Shown here: one piece after another, positions 60,070-64,000 of the stretch
How the letters are laid out: each line of letters starts with the position of its first letter
Position numbering within the stretch: the stretch's first letter is position 1
DNA from: an uncultured delta proteobacterium
GTDB lineage: Bacteria > Myxococcota_A > Polyangia > Polyangiales > JAFGIB01
Direction of reading: 5' to 3'
Assembly: GCA_963778655.1 (NCBI GenBank)
Contig: CAVZVA010000002.1
Coordinates: 352,001 to 416,000 of the forward strand
Length of the DNA: 64,000 nt
The notes under the pieces: generated by a model
The model's database searches: none
The model's input: the letters and a program-made list of their open reading frames with translations, nothing else
Told to the model about the DNA's origin: nothing
Translations under genes and position numbers: made by a program

Positions 60070-60115
60070 CGCCGGGGTATAGCGCAGGGCAGGCTGTTGT
60101 CGACGCCGGTGCGCG

Positions 60116-60946
60116 CTACTTCAACGGGCCATCGACGCTGGCGAATACACCGCCCGGCGGGGGGCCTTCGTACCACGGGTAGTACGGAGGCCGGTCCTTG
60201 CACAGCGGGCGGTCCTGCTCGGGGCAGTAGATGCGCACGTGGAAGTGGCTCTGGTGGCGGTTGCCATGCGTCGGCTCGAACATGACGGTCTTGGCGCGCG
60301 CGACCAGCCAGTCGGGCGCGCCTTCAGCCGCCGCTTGCGCGAGCAGCCGATGCTGCATCGCACGCGAGACGAAGATGTACTGGACGCGCGCGGCCTGGTC
60401 ATCGAGCAGCTTTGTGAGCAGGGCCCAGTTGCGCGCGTCATCGAAGTGGTAGCGCTGGCCGGCGTAGCGACCCCGTCCGCTCGCGCGCATGCGCACGAAG
60501 GTCGGCGCCACCGCGGGCTTGCTCTCGTCGTCGAGCAGGTAGAAGCCGATGTCCACGTCGCGCCCGTTGCGATGCGAGCGATGGCCGGCAATCGCGCCGC
60601 CGTGCTCGGCCGAGAGCTCGCCCAGCGCGAGGCGGGCGCCAGGGTGGGTGTCGGCGACGCGCTGCGCACCGCGCTCGACCAGCTGCGCCAGCTGCCAGGT
60701 GCCGAAGAACCGCTGGTGCTCGCGGTACTCGTCCACGTAGCGGATGCGGTCGCTCTCGGGAACCTGCACGCCGCGCTCGAGGTGGCCTCGCCACGGATAG
60801 CGCAGCGACAAGCTGCGCAGCTCGGGCGGAGGCCGCAGGCTGGGCGAGCCCGGGTTGCTGGCGCGCGCGCGGGCGTGGAATGTCGCCAGGGAAACCACGG
60901 TGTACAGCAGAGCCAGAGCACCGAGCAGCGAAGAGCTTCTCGCCAC
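60116..60946 (-). CDS. Penicillin-insensitive murein endopeptidase (MepA family)
   Basis: GHRSHRNGRDVD and HQSHFHVRIYC; start uncertain. Confidence 0.88.
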   Translation of the reverse strand: MARSSSLLGALALLYTVVSLATFHARARASNPGSPSLRPPPELRSLSLRYPWRGHLERGVQVPESDRIRYVDEYREHQRFFGTWQLAQLVERGAQRVADTHPGARLALGELSAEHGGAIAGHRSHRNGRDVDIGFYLLDDESKPAVAPTFVRMRASGRGRYAGQRYHFDDARNWALLTKLLDDQAARVQYIFVSRAMQHRLLAQAAAEGAPDWLVARAKTVMFEPTHGNRHQSHFHVRIYCPEQDRPLCKDRPPYYPWYEGPPPGGVFASVDGPLK

Positions 60947-61038
60947 GTTTCGATCATAGCCAAGGTCGGGCATGCATCGAAACGGGGTTCGGCTGGGAGA
61001 TTGTGGGCGGCGCGCGGCCAGGTGCCGAGGGGTGGGTG

Positions 61039-62037
61039 CTAGTCGCGGCGGCGCTGCCAGAGGCCCGCGAGCACGAGCGCAAGAAACGCGAATGCCGAAT
61101 GCGGAGAGCCGTGCGCGTCCACGCTGCACCCACCGCTGTGCCCGCTGCCGGCCCCGGCCGCGCCCATGCTGCTGTCGGTCGACGCAGCCGACCCGCCGGT
61201 CGCCGCACCGGACGCGGCTCCGGTCCCGGTTCCCGACGGCGGCGACGTCCCGACCGTACCGCCGCCCATGCCCGCCGCCCCGCCGCCGCTTCCGCCAGCG
61301 CCTGGCGGTGGGGTGCCCGAGCCGCCGGTGGCGCCGGTGCCGGGGGGCGTGGTGGAGCCCGCCATGCCGCCCGTGCCCATCACGCCCGCATCGACCACAC
61401 CACCGTCTGCCGCGCCCGTGCTGCCTCCGGCGCCCGCGCTCCCGTCGGCCGGCAGGATCGTGATGTCCGCGCAGTGAAAGTAGAAGCAGTTCGGAGGCCC
61501 GTGCCCTTCCATCACCTGCACGACCTGCAGCGTGCAGTGATCACAGGGCTGGTTGGGCAGCGTCACGTCCTGCATCAAGCTGCGATTGTTCGCGAGCTGG
61601 GTGTCGGTCATGAATAGCCCGTCCGCGAGCACGTTGTCGTGCGCACCTGTCGGCACAGCCGCCTTGTCGTAGTTGCAAGCGACCGCGTCGGTGAGCGGCG
61701 GGTCGGGGAAATCCGTGCTGGTCGCGTCCTTCGCGGCGACCGGCGCAAGCGCGATGCGAAAATAGCCGGGGTGGTAAATCTCCTCTTGCCACTGCACGCT
61801 GACGGTGTCGCCGGCATGAAAGGTGGTGACCGCGCTGCTGTAAGGAACCGGCTCGACGTCGTCGTAGCCGCCCGGGCCGCAAGGGCCGCCCTTCTGTGGG
61901 CCGCCGAGCGCGTCCTCGACCAGCCACGAATCGGGCTTGAGCAGCGTGAAATGGGCGTGCGCGCGGGCTGGGCTCAGCCACGCGCCGGCGAGCGCGATCG
62001 TAGCTGCGCCAATCACCAGCTTGGTGCGATCCGACAT
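61039..62037 (-). CDS. SCE4755-type polysaccharide monooxygenase-like protein with MYXO-CTERM
   Basis: Signal AHA/HF gives a mature N-terminal His; QKGGPCG, IYHPGYFRI, CDHCTLQVVQ, YFHCAD; C-terminal GGCSV-TM-RRR. Confidence 0.88.
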   Translation of the reverse strand: MSDRTKLVIGAATIALAGAWLSPARAHAHFTLLKPDSWLVEDALGGPQKGGPCGPGGYDDVEPVPYSSAVTTFHAGDTVSVQWQEEIYHPGYFRIALAPVAAKDATSTDFPDPPLTDAVACNYDKAAVPTGAHDNVLADGLFMTDTQLANNRSLMQDVTLPNQPCDHCTLQVVQVMEGHGPPNCFYFHCADITILPADGSAGAGGSTGAADGGVVDAGVMGTGGMAGSTTPPGTGATGGSGTPPPGAGGSGGGAAGMGGGTVGTSPPSGTGTGAASGAATGGSAASTDSSMGAAGAGSGHSGGCSVDAHGSPHSAFAFLALVLAGLWQRRRD

Positions 62038-62203
62038 ACCGACCTCCTGACCCACCATCCCAGCGCGCGGCGCCGGGCCTGCTCACGCGGGCCCGACCGA
62101 GTGCCTGACATAGCCCGGAACGCCGGCCGGTGCCAGCACGCAACGCGCCTCGGACCCGCCTTGCGGCTTGAAACCGGCGTGTCGGCGATGGCACACGTGA
62201 ACC

Positions 62204-63427
62204 ATGGTGGCCGTGGCGCCGCGATCGAGACCGCCGAGCCGCGCGCGCGCGGGCCCACGCCTGCCCGCAGGCCTGGTGCTGGCGGCGGCTTCGCTGCTCG
62301 CGTGCAGCCGGGGGCACCGCGGGCAGCACGAAGGCCGGGCCGCGCGCGCGCCCGCGAGCGCACCGCTCACGAGCGAGGCCGTGCTGGCGCCGATCGAGCC
62401 CAGCACCGACGCGGCATTCGACCTGGCGCTGGCGGAGCACGGCGCGTGGCTGGCCTGGGCCCCGGCGCACGACCGCCGCGGCCGCATCCTGTTGCGCGCG
62501 CTCGGCACGCTCGGCGATCCGCGCGGCCCGCAGCGGACGCTGGTCGAGACCGCGGACGAGGTGGTCGAGCTGGCGATCGCGGAGGGAGGCGGGCGGCTGG
62601 CAGTGGGCTGGATCGAATCGAGCGCGACGCGCACGCGCACCCGCGCGCTGGTGCTCGAGCCCGCCGGAGCCGCGCCCAAGGCGGAGCCCACCCTGCTCGC
62701 GGCCGGCACCCCCGGAGAGCGCACGGCCGCGCGCGGGCACATCGCCTTGGCCGGCGCGCCGGACGGCAGGCTGCGCATGTTGTTCGAGAGCGGCCCTTCG
62801 GAGTGCATCGAATCGGGCGTGGGTCCGTGCACAGGCTTCGGCTTCCGCGAGCTCGGCGTGGTGGCCAAAGGACGCCAGGAGCCGTGGCTCAGCGTGCCGC
62901 AGCCCTGCCGCGCGGGCGCGGCAAGCCTGGCCGCGCTGCGCGGGCATTTCTACTATGCGCTGTGCAGCTGGAGCGGCGAGGCGCCGGCGACCACCGCGTA
63001 CTCGATCCACATGGATCCCTCCTACGCGCGCGCCGACGAAGTGCTCAGCGGCTGCACGCCGCTCGGCATGACGCGCGTCGACGCCCACAGGGTGCTGCTG
63101 GGCGGCGATTGCGGGCCGGTGCGACGCGCGGTGCGCCTGACGACCGACCCCGCGCCCGCCGCGGAGCTGCCGCTGCTCGACCTGCAGGTCGATTGCGAGC
63201 ACGGAGCGCCGGTGCTGCGCGCGCTGGGCTGGTCGCTGCCGTTGCAGGCGCCGCGCGATCGCATGGAAGCCATCCTGCCGGGCTCGCTGGCGCCGATCGG
63301 CGCGCGCGCAGTCTACACCGGACGCGCCTTGCTGGTGGCCAGGTCGACGCCCGCGGGTCTACAGCTCACGCGCAGCCTGTGCACGGGCGATCACCTGCAC
63401 ACCGAGGTGCTGCTCGGCCCGAGCTAA
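62204..63427 (+). CDS. Hypothetical lipoprotein
   Basis: Lipobox LLAC; Cys-rich C-terminal half; high GC3. Confidence 0.7.
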   Translation: MVAVAPRSRPPSRARAGPRLPAGLVLAAASLLACSRGHRGQHEGRAARAPASAPLTSEAVLAPIEPSTDAAFDLALAEHGAWLAWAPAHDRRGRILLRALGTLGDPRGPQRTLVETADEVVELAIAEGGGRLAVGWIESSATRTRTRALVLEPAGAAPKAEPTLLAAGTPGERTAARGHIALAGAPDGRLRMLFESGPSECIESGVGPCTGFGFRELGVVAKGRQEPWLSVPQPCRAGAASLAALRGHFYYALCSWSGEAPATTAYSIHMDPSYARADEVLSGCTPLGMTRVDAHRVLLGGDCGPVRRAVRLTTDPAPAAELPLLDLQVDCEHGAPVLRALGWSLPLQAPRDRMEAILPGSLAPIGARAVYTGRALLVARSTPAGLQLTRSLCTGDHLHTEVLLGPS

Positions 63428-63472
63428 ATGACGTTCCTGTTGAATCCTCGCGAGTCCTCGTCGCCGCTCCCG

Positions 63473-64000
63473 TCAGCTGAAGTGCTGCACCTCGTGCAGG
63501 CCGGCGGGGTCCTCGTGGATCACCACGTCGGCGCCCGGGAAGACTTTGCGAATCGCCGTCTCCACCTCGTCGGAGATGCGATGGGCGTCGTTGAGCGAGA
63601 TCTGCCCGTCCATCTCCAGGTGGAACTGAATCAGCGTGGTGGGGCCCGACTGGCGCGTGCGCAGGTCGTGCACGCCGACCACCTCGCCGTGGGCGAGCAC
63701 GATGCTGCGGATGCGCTCCTGCACCTCGGTCGGGAGCTCGCGGTCCATCAGCACCTGGAAGGTCTCCAAGCCGATGCGCAGCGCGCCGTACGCGGTGGTG
63801 GCGGCGATCGCGATGCCGAGCACCGGGTCGACGCGATCGAAGCCAAAGCCGGCGAGCGCGAGCGCGATGATGGTGCCGAAGTTGGTCGCCAGGTCGCTGA
63901 CGAAGTGCAATGCGTCGACCTTGATCGCGGCCGAGCCCGTCTCGCGCACCACATGGCGCTGGAAGATCACCAGCGCCAGCGTGGCGACCATCGACACGCC
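63473..64000 (-). CDS. Cation diffusion facilitator (FieF/YiiP-like), 5' partial
   Basis: DALHFVSD, VHDLRTRQSG, AHRISDEVE, VVIHEDP. Confidence 0.92.
   Translation of the reverse strand, partial: GVSMVATLALVIFQRHVVRETGSAAIKVDALHFVSDLATNFGTIIALALAGFGFDRVDPVLGIAIAATTAYGALRIGLETFQVLMDRELPTEVQERIRSIVLAHGEVVGVHDLRTRQSGPTTLIQFHLEMDGQISLNDAHRISDEVETAIRKVFPGADVVIHEDPAGLHEVQHFS

Overview
GC-rich bacterial chromosomal segment, most likely Myxococcota (Polyangiales/Sandaracinaceae-like). The evidence is a MYXO-CTERM sorting signal, an SCE4755-type protein, a TonB-C/TonB-dependent receptor fusion and many lipoproteins with Gly/Ser and DAG linkers. It carries about 55 CDS, one tRNA-Gly(CCC), two copies of a ~170 bp MITE and six copies of a REP-like palindrome. 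Housekeeping genes include a cyclophilin, an M1 aminopeptidase, a Crp/Fnr regulator, HrpB, antiporters, glycosyltransferases, an SDR, a MepA-type endopeptidase and a CDF transporter. Interspersed is a set of envelope metal/redox modules: (i) mbnP-mbnH, a His-rich beta-propeller and a Tat Rieske protein; (ii) a RegB/RegA pair whose sensor has a His/Met-rich loop; (iii) a pentaheme cytochrome and a monoheme cytochrome divergently paired with two YtkA/FixH-like lipoproteins; (iv) a complete TonB-dependent uptake operon preceded by a His/Cys-rich leader ORF ending in SPP and a Zur-like box; (v) a CxxC beta-barrel with a partner lipoprotein; (vi) a His-brace monooxygenase-like surface protein. Eight RegA/RegR-type boxes (GCGRC-N5-GYCGC, AT-rich spacer) were seen, seven of them directly upstream of modules i, ii, iii and v. 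This suggests a locally encoded metal/redox regulon, probably for copper. All functional calls come from motif recognition by eye; no searches were run, and start codons are best estimates.
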